In this document: positions 37,875 to 47,884 of the stretch, in pieces
Layout of the letters: every line of letters starts with the position of its first letter
Numbering within the stretch: position 1 is the first letter of the stretch
Source of the DNA: Chloroflexota bacterium
GTDB lineage: Bacteria; Chloroflexota; Dehalococcoidia; Lucifugimonadales; JADFKI01
Direction: 5' to 3'
Length of the DNA: 64,000 nt
Assembly (NCBI GenBank): GCA_027623195.1
Contig: JAQBUT010000002.1
Location: 96,001-160,000 of the forward strand
Program-made: the position numbers and the translations under genes
The notes under the pieces: generated by a model
Told to the model about the DNA's origin: nothing
Database searches by the model: none
What the model saw: only the letters and a program-made list of their open reading frames with translations

Positions 37875-38894
37875 TTAGTGACGGACGACGACCCGCAAGA
37901 CCTGAGCCTGCTCCTCGTCCGTTGCCCGGAAGGCTTCGGCGGCGTCGGCCATATCGTACTCGCGAGTGAGCAGAGGGGCCAAGTCTATCTGGTCGGACGT
38001 TACCAGGTTTACAGTCCTGTAGAAGTTGGCCCGCGTGGTGGCCCTGGGGAAAATCATAGTCAACTGGTTCAGATAAAGCTGTAGAAGCTGAATGCCGTTC
38101 CAGGGCCGCGGGGATATGCCGAATCCCATCATGCGACCGCCGGGCCTGGTCATGGCTAACGCCTGGTGCATGGTCTCTGGCGTTCCAACGGCTTCGATGA
38201 CGACGTTGGCGCCGTCGCCTCCGGCACCCTGACGCACCTCGGCAACGGGATCTTAATTCCTGGCGCTGATGATGATGTCCGCTCCGAATTTGTCCACTAG
38301 CTTCAGCTTCCACGGGCTGCGTCCCACGGCGATTACAGGGTACGCTCCGGCTAGCTTGGAAAGCCGCACGTGTATTAGGCCAGTGCCGCCCAGTCCCAAA
38401 ACAACGGCGGATTCGGAGGGCTGGATGTCTACCAGCAATTGGGCATGAACGGCGGTGCTAAGCGGCTGAATCAGCGCGCCCAGGCCGAATGGCATATCGT
38501 TGGGAATTCGGAACGAATGCGTGTCAGGCATGATAAGGAACTGACTCATGGTGCCGTCGACCTCCCGGCCTAGCAACTGAATGCTTTGGCAGAGGTTCTC
38601 CTTGCCCAGTATGCAGCGCTCGCACGACCAGCAGTTGAGGTTGGGGTTGAAAACTACATGGTCGCCAAGGGCCAGAGCGTTCACACCCTCACCAATTTCG
38701 CGGACAACGCCTGTGGCTTCATGGCCAGGAACCCTGGGATATGCCACTGGCGTGTCACCTGAGTAAATGTGGACGTCGGTACCACACAGGGCCGTCGCCT
38801 TTACCTCGACTAGCACCTCGCCCACACCAGGTTTAGGCTCAGCGGCCTCGGTTATTTTGATATCTTTGGGTCCCTGTAGCTCTACCTGTCTCAA
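37875..38894 (-). pseudogene. Zinc-dependent medium-chain dehydrogenase interrupted by an in-frame TAA at 38253-38255
   Basis: CGTD, GHE, four-Cys Zn loop and GLGGTG. The same frame continues after the stop: ARN*DPVAEVRQGAGGDGANVVIEAVG. Confidence 0.85.
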
Positions 38895-38918
38895 TTGACT
38901 ATCTCCATCTGATTACGT

Positions 38919-39998
38919 TTATCGAAGATTCGGAACTACCTCTCCGGCAAACAGTCGGATGGATTTCTGCACCAAGTGCTGGTCGATTCTACCGCCCACG
39001 TTGGATTCCATGATGAAACCTTCCAGCTCCAGCTCATCGCGCAGCTGCTGCAAGCGGCTGGTCACTGCGGCAGGGTCGCCGAAGGCAAATCTGTCCCTCA
39101 AAAGATCTTCATACGTGATAGTGGCCAGACTCCGGGATCTTTCAGCTCGCTCCTCACCTGCGGCGGCGGCCTCTTTGCCAATGTCGCCGGTGAAGGCTCG
39201 TTGCAGCCTGGCGTAGGCGTGCGTGGCGCTTTCTTCTGGCTCGGCCAGGGCTTTTTCCTTTGAATCCGCAACGTAAATCGGGATTCGCAGAATAACCTGA
39301 CCTTTTCCTGGGTATCCGGCGTCGTCCCAGGCCTTACGATAGTCCTGTATTGCCTCCGCCAAGTCGGGCACCGTCATGCCTCGCAGCCCAACCAGTATGT
39401 TCAGTCCCATCTCGCCATATAGCGCGAAGGACTCCCTGGTTGTTGCGGCAGACCACAATGGTGGGTGCGGCGTCTGGAACGTCTTGGGAATGACACAGAC
39501 ATCATTGAATGAGTACACGTCGCCTTCGTAAGAAAACTCTTCTTGTGTCCAGGCGAGCCTCATGACGTTTAGGTATTCGAGGAACCGTGCTCGGCTTTCG
39601 TCGTAGGGGACGTCGTAGCCCTCGTAAACCCTGGTGAATCCGCTGCGACCAACACCCAGGTCCAGTCGTCCCTCACTGATGTTGTCCAGGGTGGCCACCT
39701 CTTCCGCCATGCGGATGGGATGCCCCAGAGGAAGTACCAGAACGCCAATGCCTATGCGAAGATGGCTAGTCCGCCCTGCTATGGCTGTGGCGAGAATGAG
39801 GGGTGCGGATACGATGGAGGGAACTCCACCGCTGCGGTTGGGCGTAGCAAAATGGCGCTCTGCTAGCCACACCGTGGTGAAGCCCTGTTCCTCGGCAAGG
39901 CTAGCAGTAGAAAAAGCTTCATCGAATGCCTCGGACTGACTAAGGCCGTACCTGTAGTCGCATTCCATGCTTAGCCCGATGTGCAATGTGCTGCTCAT
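38919..39998 (-). CDS. LLM-class flavin-dependent oxidoreductase
   Basis: WLAERHF, HPIRMAEE and SEGRLDLGVGR. Start moved to ATG 39998. Confidence 0.92.
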   Translation of the reverse strand: MSSTLHIGLSMECDYRYGLSQSEAFDEAFSTASLAEEQGFTTVWLAERHFATPNRSGGVPSIVSAPLILATAIAGRTSHLRIGIGVLVLPLGHPIRMAEEVATLDNISEGRLDLGVGRSGFTRVYEGYDVPYDESRARFLEYLNVMRLAWTQEEFSYEGDVYSFNDVCVIPKTFQTPHPPLWSAATTRESFALYGEMGLNILVGLRGMTVPDLAEAIQDYRKAWDDAGYPGKGQVILRIPIYVADSKEKALAEPEESATHAYARLQRAFTGDIGKEAAAAGEERAERSRSLATITYEDLLRDRFAFGDPAAVTSRLQQLRDELELEGFIMESNVGGRIDQHLVQKSIRLFAGEVVPNLR

Positions 39999-40085
39999 GG
40001 CATTTTCCGCCTCAAGTATATCTAGTCGGCGGTATCTTATATGCACCTCATATATTTATGCAAAGGGCCAATATGCAGATTGGCC

Positions 40086-40979
40086 TTACATCATGCCTGA
40101 GATTAGCTTCTTGGCTTGTGCCTCGGAAATTCCTAGCTTGCGATGAGCCATGGGGCCGCCCTTATCAAGGACTGGCTCGGCCTCGTCAAGGCTAGGGTTG
40201 CCTTTGACCTGGTAGAAGACGCCGATGTAAATGTCGTCGCCCCAGACCATTGCCTTTTCGCAGGCCTGCTTCCAGTCGGTGACATCATGTTCCATGTCCT
40301 CGAGCTTGGAAACCCGCTGGCGGAAGAATTGAGCGGTGTTGTCTCGGTTGAAAGTTACGCAGGGACTCATGACATCAATCAGAGCAAATCCCTTGTGCTG
40401 AATTGCCTGCTTCATAAGCTCAGCCAGGTGTCGGGGATCGCCGCTGAAGCCGCGAGCGACGAAGGTAGCGCCGTTCATTACTGCGGCAGTGAGCGGGTTC
40501 AGGGTTGGTTCTATGTTCCCAAACGGCGTGCTCTTGGTCTTCATGTCCATGGAGCTAGTAGGAGATACCTGCCCCGTCGTCAGACCGTAGATCTGGTTGT
40601 TCATTACGATATAGGTAAGGTCCATGTTGCGGCGTGCCGTGTGGGTAAAGTGGTTGCCGCCAATGCCGTAACCGTCGCCGTCGCCACCTGTCACGATGAC
40701 GTTAAGCTCGTGATTTGCCATCTTAGCGCCTGTGGCTACTGCCAGGGACCGGCCGTGCAGCGTGTGCATGCCGAAGGAGTTGAAATAGCCAGGGAAGTTG
40801 GACGAGCAGCCAATCCCACTAACCGTAAGAATCTCGTGGGGAGGTATGGCTAGGTCGGCGCAGGCCCTTTGCAGGGCGTTTAGCACGCCGAAATCACCAC
40901 AGCCCGGACACCAGTCTGGCTCCGCGGGGCCTTTGTAGTCTCGGGCAGTTAATTCAATTGTGGGTGTAGCTGCGCACAT
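40086..40979 (-). CDS. korB: 2-oxoacid:ferredoxin oxidoreductase beta subunit
   Basis: WCPGCG, SGIGCS, TLHGR, GGDGD, YGLTTGQ and SPCVTF. Confidence 0.92.
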   Translation of the reverse strand: MCAATPTIELTARDYKGPAEPDWCPGCGDFGVLNALQRACADLAIPPHEILTVSGIGCSSNFPGYFNSFGMHTLHGRSLAVATGAKMANHELNVIVTGGDGDGYGIGGNHFTHTARRNMDLTYIVMNNQIYGLTTGQVSPTSSMDMKTKSTPFGNIEPTLNPLTAAVMNGATFVARGFSGDPRHLAELMKQAIQHKGFALIDVMSPCVTFNRDNTAQFFRQRVSKLEDMEHDVTDWKQACEKAMVWGDDIYIGVFYQVKGNPSLDEAEPVLDKGGPMAHRKLGISEAQAKKLISGMM

Positions 40980-40991
40980 AGTTTGACCTCA

Positions 40992-42785
40992 CTAAACCAT
41001 TATTTCGTGGACTGGAACAAAGACGTCTGTCTTGCCCGCCAGAATCTCTTGCACGCCCTCAACGATGTGATGGGGCATAAAGGGCTCGCCGTCGTACTTG
41101 CGAATGTGCCCGTCGACGGTAACGCCGGTCTCGCCACGCATGTATCGGTGGAACTGGCCGGAGTGATTGTTCTCTACAATTATTGTCTTCTTCGCATTGG
41201 ATACGACTTCTGAGATAGCGTCGCCGTGGAAAGGAACAATCCATTTTACAGGAAGGTAGTTAGCCGTCACTCCCTTATCCTTCAACTGCCCCAAGGCTTC
41301 TGTAATCGCCCCGTATGTGGATCCCCAACCGATCAGAGTCACGTCCGCGTTAGCGGGACCTTCCAGCTTTGGTGCCGCCACAACGGCGGCCAGATTCTGG
41401 AACTTGCGGTCTCGTTTTTCCACCATCGCTCGCCGCTTGATTGGATTGGTGAACTCATCGCTGATGAGGATGGAGTTTTCATCGTGCTCATCGGTGGCGA
41501 CCACGTGGGCGTAGCCCTCGACACCCGGCAAGGCTCGAGCAGAGATGCCGGTATCAGTGTTCCTGTACCGCCAATAATCCTCGGTACTGTTGCTGGTGCC
41601 ATTGTCCGTTGTTATCAAGTCACCCCTGTCTATCTCGGGATGCATGTTAATCTCATCGGGGTCGAAGCTGAAACGACCTTCACCAATGAGTAGGTCGGTA
41701 AGCACGATAGCCGGGCACTGGTACTTGTCTGTAAGGTTGAATACCTCGGCCATTGTGTTGAAAGAATCTTGAGCATGTAGTGGTGCAACAATGAAGCGTT
41801 GGAAGTCGCCCTGGCTGGCGCCTAGAGCCTGCCAAAGGTCGCCCTGCTCCGTCTTGGTTGGCACGCCTGTAGATGGGCCAGCCCTCTGTACGTCGATGAA
41901 TACGACTGGAATCTCCATCATGCTGGCAGCACCAATGGCCTCAGTCATAAGGGCGAAACCGCCGCCGGAGGTCGCGCACATGGTCCTGCAGCCTACGTGG
42001 GCCGCCCCGATGGCCATGTTGGCCACACCGATCTCGTCTTCCACCTGTCGGACCATGATGTCCAGGTCTCGGGCGTTTTGGGCCATCCAGTGCAACACAC
42101 CCGTGGAAGGGCTCATGGGGTAGGCGCAGTAGAACTTCACCCCCGCCGCCGCGCCACCCATGGCAACGGCATCGTTGCCCGCCCAGACGGCCAGAGGCTT
42201 GGGCCCATTGCCCAGTTTGGCCTCGAACGCCTGGAAGTTGTCGGTTGCGTAGTCGAAGCCAATTTTGGCGACGCTCACGTTTTGGTCGATGACTTCCTGG
42301 CCCTGCCTCTGGAAGCGCAATGTCAGCGCTTCTTGTAGGTCGTCGAAGGATAGCCCGATAAGGGAAGCCGTCGCACCAATGGCAACTGTGTTCTGTACAA
42401 GGGGGTTGCGCCCGGCATTGGTAAGCTCATCCACTGGTATGGGGCAAAGCTGTGCGCCCGCAGGGGCGTTGTGGGGATTCACCAGATCGCTGTTGTAGAT
42501 TACTCGTGTATTGGGGCCCATTAATTTCAGGTGACGGTTCATCGTGTCCTGGTTTAGACAGAGAAGAAGGTCCAGCTTGTCACCATGGTTGTAGATGGGA
42601 TTCTCGCTAACCCGCATGGTAAGGAATATATGCCCGCCACGTACTATGGACTGGAAAGCGTTATATGTATAAAGGTGAAGTCCGCGTCGGACAAACACCC
42701 GAGCGAGGATATCGCCAGGCGTCGCTATGCCCTGCCCTGCGGAACCACCAATGGCGAGAGCAAAATCATACCCTCCCGAACTCAT
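40992..42785 (-). CDS. korA: 2-oxoacid:ferredoxin oxidoreductase alpha (gamma-alpha fused) subunit
   Basis: GGSAGQG, AYPMSP, EDEI, ATSGGGFALM and QRAGPSTG.PT. Confidence 0.92.
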   Translation of the reverse strand: MSSGGYDFALAIGGSAGQGIATPGDILARVFVRRGLHLYTYNAFQSIVRGGHIFLTMRVSENPIYNHGDKLDLLLCLNQDTMNRHLKLMGPNTRVIYNSDLVNPHNAPAGAQLCPIPVDELTNAGRNPLVQNTVAIGATASLIGLSFDDLQEALTLRFQRQGQEVIDQNVSVAKIGFDYATDNFQAFEAKLGNGPKPLAVWAGNDAVAMGGAAAGVKFYCAYPMSPSTGVLHWMAQNARDLDIMVRQVEDEIGVANMAIGAAHVGCRTMCATSGGGFALMTEAIGAASMMEIPVVFIDVQRAGPSTGVPTKTEQGDLWQALGASQGDFQRFIVAPLHAQDSFNTMAEVFNLTDKYQCPAIVLTDLLIGEGRFSFDPDEINMHPEIDRGDLITTDNGTSNSTEDYWRYRNTDTGISARALPGVEGYAHVVATDEHDENSILISDEFTNPIKRRAMVEKRDRKFQNLAAVVAAPKLEGPANADVTLIGWGSTYGAITEALGQLKDKGVTANYLPVKWIVPFHGDAISEVVSNAKKTIIVENNHSGQFHRYMRGETGVTVDGHIRKYDGEPFMPHHIVEGVQEILAGKTDVFVPVHEIMV

Positions 42786-43111
42786 ACGCAAACTCCTCTT
42801 TTGGGCCTAGTGCCTATATTGGGGCCGTAGCCCAGATTTAGGTATATTATCATGTTCACCGGCCCATGAGAACTAATTCGCCGCGCCGTAATGGGACGGT
42901 ACTGGTATGTTGGTATGCCAGATTAGATGCAGATAATTTCTTGTCGGTAGTTGAGGGTTGTCGATTGCTTATCGGCTCTCTGGGCTTGAAGATCACTGGA
43001 TAACCGTTGAATAATACCAATTCATGATATCATTCCTTCTGGCCCAATTACCGGGCTTTAGGAGCAACTAACCACACTTTCAGAGCAACACGTGGAGCAA
43101 CTCAAAAAAAG

Positions 43112-44272
43112 ATGAAGATTCATGAGTACCAGGCGAAGCAAATTCTTGCCAAGTATGGCGTGCCCGTCCCCAAGGGAGGCGTAGCAGACTCCCCTGAGGG
43201 GGCAAAGAAGCTAGCGGATGACCTGGGAGGCAAGGCTGTTGTCAAGGCGCAGGTACACGCCGGTGGGCGCGGCAAGGCTGGCGGCGTGAAGCTCGTATCC
43301 TCCTCTAATGAGGCTGGTGAGTACGCCAAGTCGATTCTCGGCACTAACCTTGTTACCTTTCAGACTGGCCCTGTTGGTGTGCCGGTGCGGAAGGTCCTGG
43401 TGGAGGAGATCATCGACGTGGGCGATGAGCTTTACCTGGCCATGGTCATCGACGGTGCGGCGGAGGGTGTGGTAGCCATTGCCAGTCAAGAGGGCGGAAT
43501 GGATATTGAGCAGGTCGCCGACGAGACGCCAGACAAGATTCTGCGCGTCGCCATAGACCCGGTGCTGGGGATTCAGCCGTATCAGGGAAGGCAGTTGGCT
43601 TATGGCCTAAAGGTAAAGCCCGAACTGGTCGGGCCTATTACCGCGTTGGTGGAGAGTCTCTACAAGGTATTCCAGGAAAACGACTGCTCGTTGGTGGAGA
43701 TAAATCCCCTGGTCATTACTTCCGACGACCGGGTGCTGGCCGTAGACGCCAAGCTAACTATTGACGACGACGCCATGTTCCGCCACAAAGACCTGGATGA
43801 TCTGTACGATCCCGAGCAGGAGGACCCAGGCGAGGTTGAGGCGCGCAAGTTCGACATCAACTACGTCAAGCTGGACGGCACGGTGGGTTGTATCGTGAAC
43901 GGCGCGGGCCTGGCAATGGCAACCATGGACGTGGTGCTATCAGGCGGGGCCAAGCCGGCAAATTTTTTGGACATCGGTGGTGGTGCGGATGAGGACAAGG
44001 TGGCCAACGCCCTCAGAATAGTTCTTATGGACTCTGACGTTGAGCTGGTGCTTGTGAACATATTCGGCGGCATCCTCCGGTGCGACGTGGCCGCGAGGGG
44101 GCTCGTGCAGCATGGCAAGGCAGACCCGTCAGCGATGCGGCCAATGGTGGTTCGCATGTTGGGAACTAACGCCGAGGAGGGCCGCAAGACCTTGCAAGAG
44201 TCGGACCTGGACGTGACGCTTGTGGAGGATTTGGCCGGGGCCGCGGAGGCTATTCGCGCTGCTACTAGCTAG
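43112..44272 (+). CDS. sucC: Succinyl-CoA synthetase beta subunit
   Basis: IHEYQAK, KAQVHAGGRGKAGG, EINPL, NGAGLAM and NIFGGI. Confidence 0.96.
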   Translation: MKIHEYQAKQILAKYGVPVPKGGVADSPEGAKKLADDLGGKAVVKAQVHAGGRGKAGGVKLVSSSNEAGEYAKSILGTNLVTFQTGPVGVPVRKVLVEEIIDVGDELYLAMVIDGAAEGVVAIASQEGGMDIEQVADETPDKILRVAIDPVLGIQPYQGRQLAYGLKVKPELVGPITALVESLYKVFQENDCSLVEINPLVITSDDRVLAVDAKLTIDDDAMFRHKDLDDLYDPEQEDPGEVEARKFDINYVKLDGTVGCIVNGAGLAMATMDVVLSGGAKPANFLDIGGGADEDKVANALRIVLMDSDVELVLVNIFGGILRCDVAARGLVQHGKADPSAMRPMVVRMLGTNAEEGRKTLQESDLDVTLVEDLAGAAEAIRAATS

Positions 44273-44343
44273 CTACCGCCACGACAATCCGGTCCAATTG
44301 TCAGGACGGGCCCTCCAGATATTAAAAAACAAAAAGGGCGACG

Positions 44344-45219
44344 ATGGGAATTCTTGTAAACGAAAATACTAGACTGCTGGTGCAGGGGATTACCGGACGC
44401 GAGGGCGGCTTCCACGCCATGCGGTGCAAGGAGTACGGCACCAATCTGGTGGCCGGCGTGACTCCTGGCCGAGGGGGGCAGACCTTCGACGAAAATGTGC
44501 CTGTCTTCAACACGGTGGAGGAGGCGGTCGACAAGACGCAGGCCAACTGCGTGCTGATATTCGTGCCGCCCCCTTTCGCGGCGGATGCAATAGTGGAGGC
44601 GGTTGCCGCTGGCATACCAACCATCGCCTGCATAACTGAAGGCATCCCTGTACGGGACACAATTAACGTCAAACGCTACATACGCGGCAAATCGGTTACC
44701 TTAATCGGTCCCAACTGCCCTGGTATGATCACACCCGGCGCCAAAGCCAAGGTTGGCATTATGCCAGGCAATATACATATTCCCGGGAGAATAGGCGTGT
44801 TGTCTCGCAGCGGCACCCTGACCTATGAAGCCGTGGGGCAGCTAACCGCCCTGGGAATTGGCCAGTCTACGTGTGTTGGCATCGGCGGAGACCCTGTTAA
44901 TGGATCGTCCTTTGTGGACATGCTGAAATTGTTCAACGCGGATCCGGACACGGACGGCGTGGTGATGATTGGCGAGATTGGCGGCACTAGAGAACAGGAA
45001 GCGGCAGAGTACATCAAAGCCGAATTCAAGAAGCCAATGGCCGCGTTTATAGCGGGTCGCAGCGCCCCTCCCGGCAAGCGGATGGGACACGCGGGTGCTG
45101 TTATCACCGGCAGGGCCGCCCGCGCTGAGGAGAAAGAGAAGGCCTTGGCTGCGGCTGGAGTGGCCATAATTCCAGGACCTGGCGATATCGGCAAGACGTT
45201 CCAGGAGGTCATAGGCTGA
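44344..45219 (+). CDS. sucD: Succinyl-CoA synthetase alpha subunit
   Basis: [20 protein letters not shown] and RMGHAGA. Confidence 0.96.
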   Translation: MGILVNENTRLLVQGITGREGGFHAMRCKEYGTNLVAGVTPGRGGQTFDENVPVFNTVEEAVDKTQANCVLIFVPPPFAADAIVEAVAAGIPTIACITEGIPVRDTINVKRYIRGKSVTLIGPNCPGMITPGAKAKVGIMPGNIHIPGRIGVLSRSGTLTYEAVGQLTALGIGQSTCVGIGGDPVNGSSFVDMLKLFNADPDTDGVVMIGEIGGTREQEAAEYIKAEFKKPMAAFIAGRSAPPGKRMGHAGAVITGRAARAEEKEKALAAAGVAIIPGPGDIGKTFQEVIG

Positions 45220-45262
45220 CTCTCGTTGCCTGATGACCCAAACACTCGGCTAAATCGAAATT

Positions 45263-45300
45263 AAAAAAGGCGGGCGCCTCTAAGGGTCGCCCGCCTTTTT
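45263..45300. terminator. Bidirectional intrinsic terminator
   Basis: AAAAAAGGCGGGCG-loop-CGCCCGCCTTTTT between convergent genes. Confidence 0.85.
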
Positions 45301-45321
45301 GCTAATAATGGACTAGCTGGC

Positions 45322-46770
45322 CTACCAGGTATCCTCGCAGTTATCGAGGTTAGTGTCGCTATTGGTTCCGTCGGGGCAGGTAGTGTCTCCCCATTGAGCG
45401 TCGTTCCGGTTCCGGGCGTTGTCGAGATTCTCGGCATCGGTCAGGTCAGCGTTTCTCATGTCCGCATCTCTTATGTTGGCCTTGTCGAGATTTGCATCCT
45501 GAAGACTGGCGCCATTCAAATCGGCGTCGTCAAGTATGGCATTGCTGAGGTCAGCTCCATCCAGGGTTGCACCTTCGAACGTTATGTCGCCAAGTTCCAT
45601 TCCCGATAAATCGGCGTCCGTAAGGTTGGCGTCGGTAAAATCGGTCCCGCTGCCCAGGATAGAGTTCGTGAAGTCCACATCCTCTAGTTGGGCGCTATCG
45701 AAATTCGCCCCTTCCAGAATGGTGTTAAAGAGCGTTGCGCCCGAGAGGTCGGCGTCTTCAAGGCTGGCGTCCGTCAGGTCTGCATCCGTCAGGTTTGCAA
45801 TGCGCAGGTCGCTGCCGTCCAGGTTGGTCTGTATCATGCTGCTACCTGATAGGTCTGCGGCTACCAGGTATGCCTCGTCTATGATCATTCGGTCCAGGTT
45901 CAGATTCGTAAGGCTGGTGCCTCTCATTTGGGCATCTAGCAGACTTATGCCAATTACTATGGCTTCGTCGAAGTCCGCGTTCTTTAATTCTGCCCCGATG
46001 AATTTCGCGTCCACGAGGTTGGCGTTTCTGAAACTGGCATCCTCCGCGATAGCGTCGCTGAAGTCGGCTTTTTTCAGGTCCGCATCGTCCATGACTGCGC
46101 CGGTCAGGTCGGCTCCCCGTAGGTTAACACCCACCATGATAGCGTCGCTAAGATCAGCACTCATGACGTCGGCATTAGTTAAAATTGCTCCACTCAGGTC
46201 AGCCCCACTCAGGTCTGCACCTTCTAAATCTGCAGCCGTGAGATTGGCGTCCTTAAGGTTGGCCCCGCTGAGGTCCTTGCCGCTGAGCTTGGCCTTAGTC
46301 AGGTTGCATCCCTCTAAGTCGGCGTTAGGTGCGAAAAGGGTACACGGCACGGGAGTACGCGTAGCCGTGGGCTCAAGGGTCGCCGTCGGTTCCGGTGTCG
46401 GAGTGTCGGCTATAGGTGTAGCCGTGAACTCAGGAGTTGCCGTCGCTGTCGGCTCCGGCGTGTTGGTTGGCTCAGGCGTAGAAGTGGGTGGCGCCTGAGG
46501 AGTAAATGTCGCGGTTGGCTGGGGCTTGGGTGTGCTTGTTGCCGGCAACGCCGTCGCTGTTGGGGCAAGCGTGGCCGTAGGTATAGGTGTGTTGGATGGC
46601 TCCGGCGTTGGGGCAGGCGTGTCGGTTGGAGCAGCGGCCTGGTTATTGGATATGTCTGTCTGTCGCAAATCTTCCAAGACTTGCTCTCTGCTCGCCAATG
46701 CGTCCGAACAGGCTGTTATTAAGAGTAACAACAAAGGAACTGTCAATATGAAAGCAATATTGCGAATCAT
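45322..46770 (-). CDS. Lipoprotein with PT-rich linker and long pentapeptide-repeat domain
   Basis: Signal peptide and lipobox (LITAC), PTxTP repeats and A(D/N)Lxx repeats. Start moved to ATG 46770. Confidence 0.9.
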   Translation of the reverse strand: MIRNIAFILTVPLLLLLITACSDALASREQVLEDLRQTDISNNQAAAPTDTPAPTPEPSNTPIPTATLAPTATALPATSTPKPQPTATFTPQAPPTSTPEPTNTPEPTATATPEFTATPIADTPTPEPTATLEPTATRTPVPCTLFAPNADLEGCNLTKAKLSGKDLSGANLKDANLTAADLEGADLSGADLSGAILTNADVMSADLSDAIMVGVNLRGADLTGAVMDDADLKKADFSDAIAEDASFRNANLVDAKFIGAELKNADFDEAIVIGISLLDAQMRGTSLTNLNLDRMIIDEAYLVAADLSGSSMIQTNLDGSDLRIANLTDADLTDASLEDADLSGATLFNTILEGANFDSAQLEDVDFTNSILGSGTDFTDANLTDADLSGMELGDITFEGATLDGADLSNAILDDADLNGASLQDANLDKANIRDADMRNADLTDAENLDNARNRNDAQWGDTTCPDGTNSDTNLDNCEDTW

Positions 46771-47034
46771 AGGTATCTCGGGTCCCCTCCTAGAGATATG
46801 GCGAAAAGATAACTCCGACAATGTATTTCAACGACAAAGTCTAAGAATCATTTAATGGAATTACAGGTGCGCATATCATGGTGAAGGTCTGACCAAATTA
46901 GGGTCAATTCGTTATGGGGCCTTATATTGCGAATTTCTGAAACGCTAAATGCTCTTGGTGGGTTGCGAATACGTGTTTGAAGAGGTGTACAAGCCTTGGA
47001 ATTTAACAAGACAAGTAAGAGATTGTTGATGAAG

Positions 47035-47063
47035 AAAAATGGGCCCGCCTTCATGGCGGGCCC
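47035..47063 (-). terminator. Intrinsic terminator after the membrane-protein pair
   Basis: Minus strand reads GGGCCCGCC-atgaa-GGCGGGCCC-ATTTTT. Confidence 0.75.
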
Positions 47064-47100
47064 TGGAGTTTCCGGTGAATACGGACGATGGCGTCCCGAT

Positions 47101-47838
47101 CTAAGAGAGCATCTCCCACAATCGGTTTGACTGCCAACGCAGCACTCGGACGATAGTTGCCAACGCCAACCCTATCCCAGCGAACAGGGACGCCATGCCA
47201 ACGAATTTGAGAGGCTCCAGCCAGAGCTTTATGGCGTTGATAGTGCCAAGGTTGGCCAACAGACCGCTGCCCTCTAACGCGGGGTTGAGTTGAGTCGCAA
47301 TCGAGTGGTTCCAGTAGCCGTACGCTAGCGCCGAAGTCGGAATGCTTATGATAAGCGCCGTCATGAGAATCATTGTGCCCATCATCATGAGCATAGGGAA
47401 CATCTTCGCCGTCATTGGAGGCTTTATGATCCGCACTTCCGCACCAAGGGCTTCCTGTACTCTTCCGCCGCCGGTCCTCAAGGCTCCTAGGATTGTGGCC
47501 AGTAAGAAGGTAACGCCGCCCAGCATCATACCGACGCCAAAGAACTTCAGAGCGGGCAGCCAGATCTTCGTGGATTCGATGAAGGCTATTTGGGTGGCCA
47601 GTGCCGACCCTGTTGTGGCCGCCTCACGCGTTATCTTCGATGCGGCGAAATAGTCGGCCGCGACGCCCGAGGTAACGAGGCCAACGATGAACGCTGCCAC
47701 CACGATCATGAACCCCATGCCCAGGAACGGGACCCACATCTTGCTTGCCATGCTCTGCATCCCGGTCACTTCTACAGGTAGGCTGTTCGGTCCAAACAGA
47801 ATGTCGTCTCTTTTGTTCGATATAGTTGTTGTTGCCAT
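47101..47838 (-). CDS. Hypothetical membrane protein with two internal repeats
   Basis: About four hydrophobic segments; two copies of Y..S....A..GS.L...(I/L)..I...K.WL..LKF.G; AAGGAG RBS. Confidence 0.8.
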   Translation of the reverse strand: MATTTISNKRDDILFGPNSLPVEVTGMQSMASKMWVPFLGMGFMIVVAAFIVGLVTSGVAADYFAASKITREAATTGSALATQIAFIESTKIWLPALKFFGVGMMLGGVTFLLATILGALRTGGGRVQEALGAEVRIIKPPMTAKMFPMLMMMGTMILMTALIISIPTSALAYGYWNHSIATQLNPALEGSGLLANLGTINAIKLWLEPLKFVGMASLFAGIGLALATIVRVLRWQSNRLWEMLS

Positions 47839-47884
47839 TTCATAATCTCCTTCTTTTGATTGATTTGTACTGATGTTTCGGTCG

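Noticed and set aside
45536..46498. 320-aa plus-strand ORF and other long antisense ORFs (e.g. 17345-18121, 48521-49336, 59242-59970)
   Set aside because: Shadow frames of well-supported genes on the opposite strand, with no recognisable motifs.
45400..46640. Repetitive DNA as a CRISPR array or tandem repeat element
   Set aside because: The periodicity comes from pentapeptide and Pro/Thr coding repeats; there are no identical repeats with unique spacers and no cas genes.
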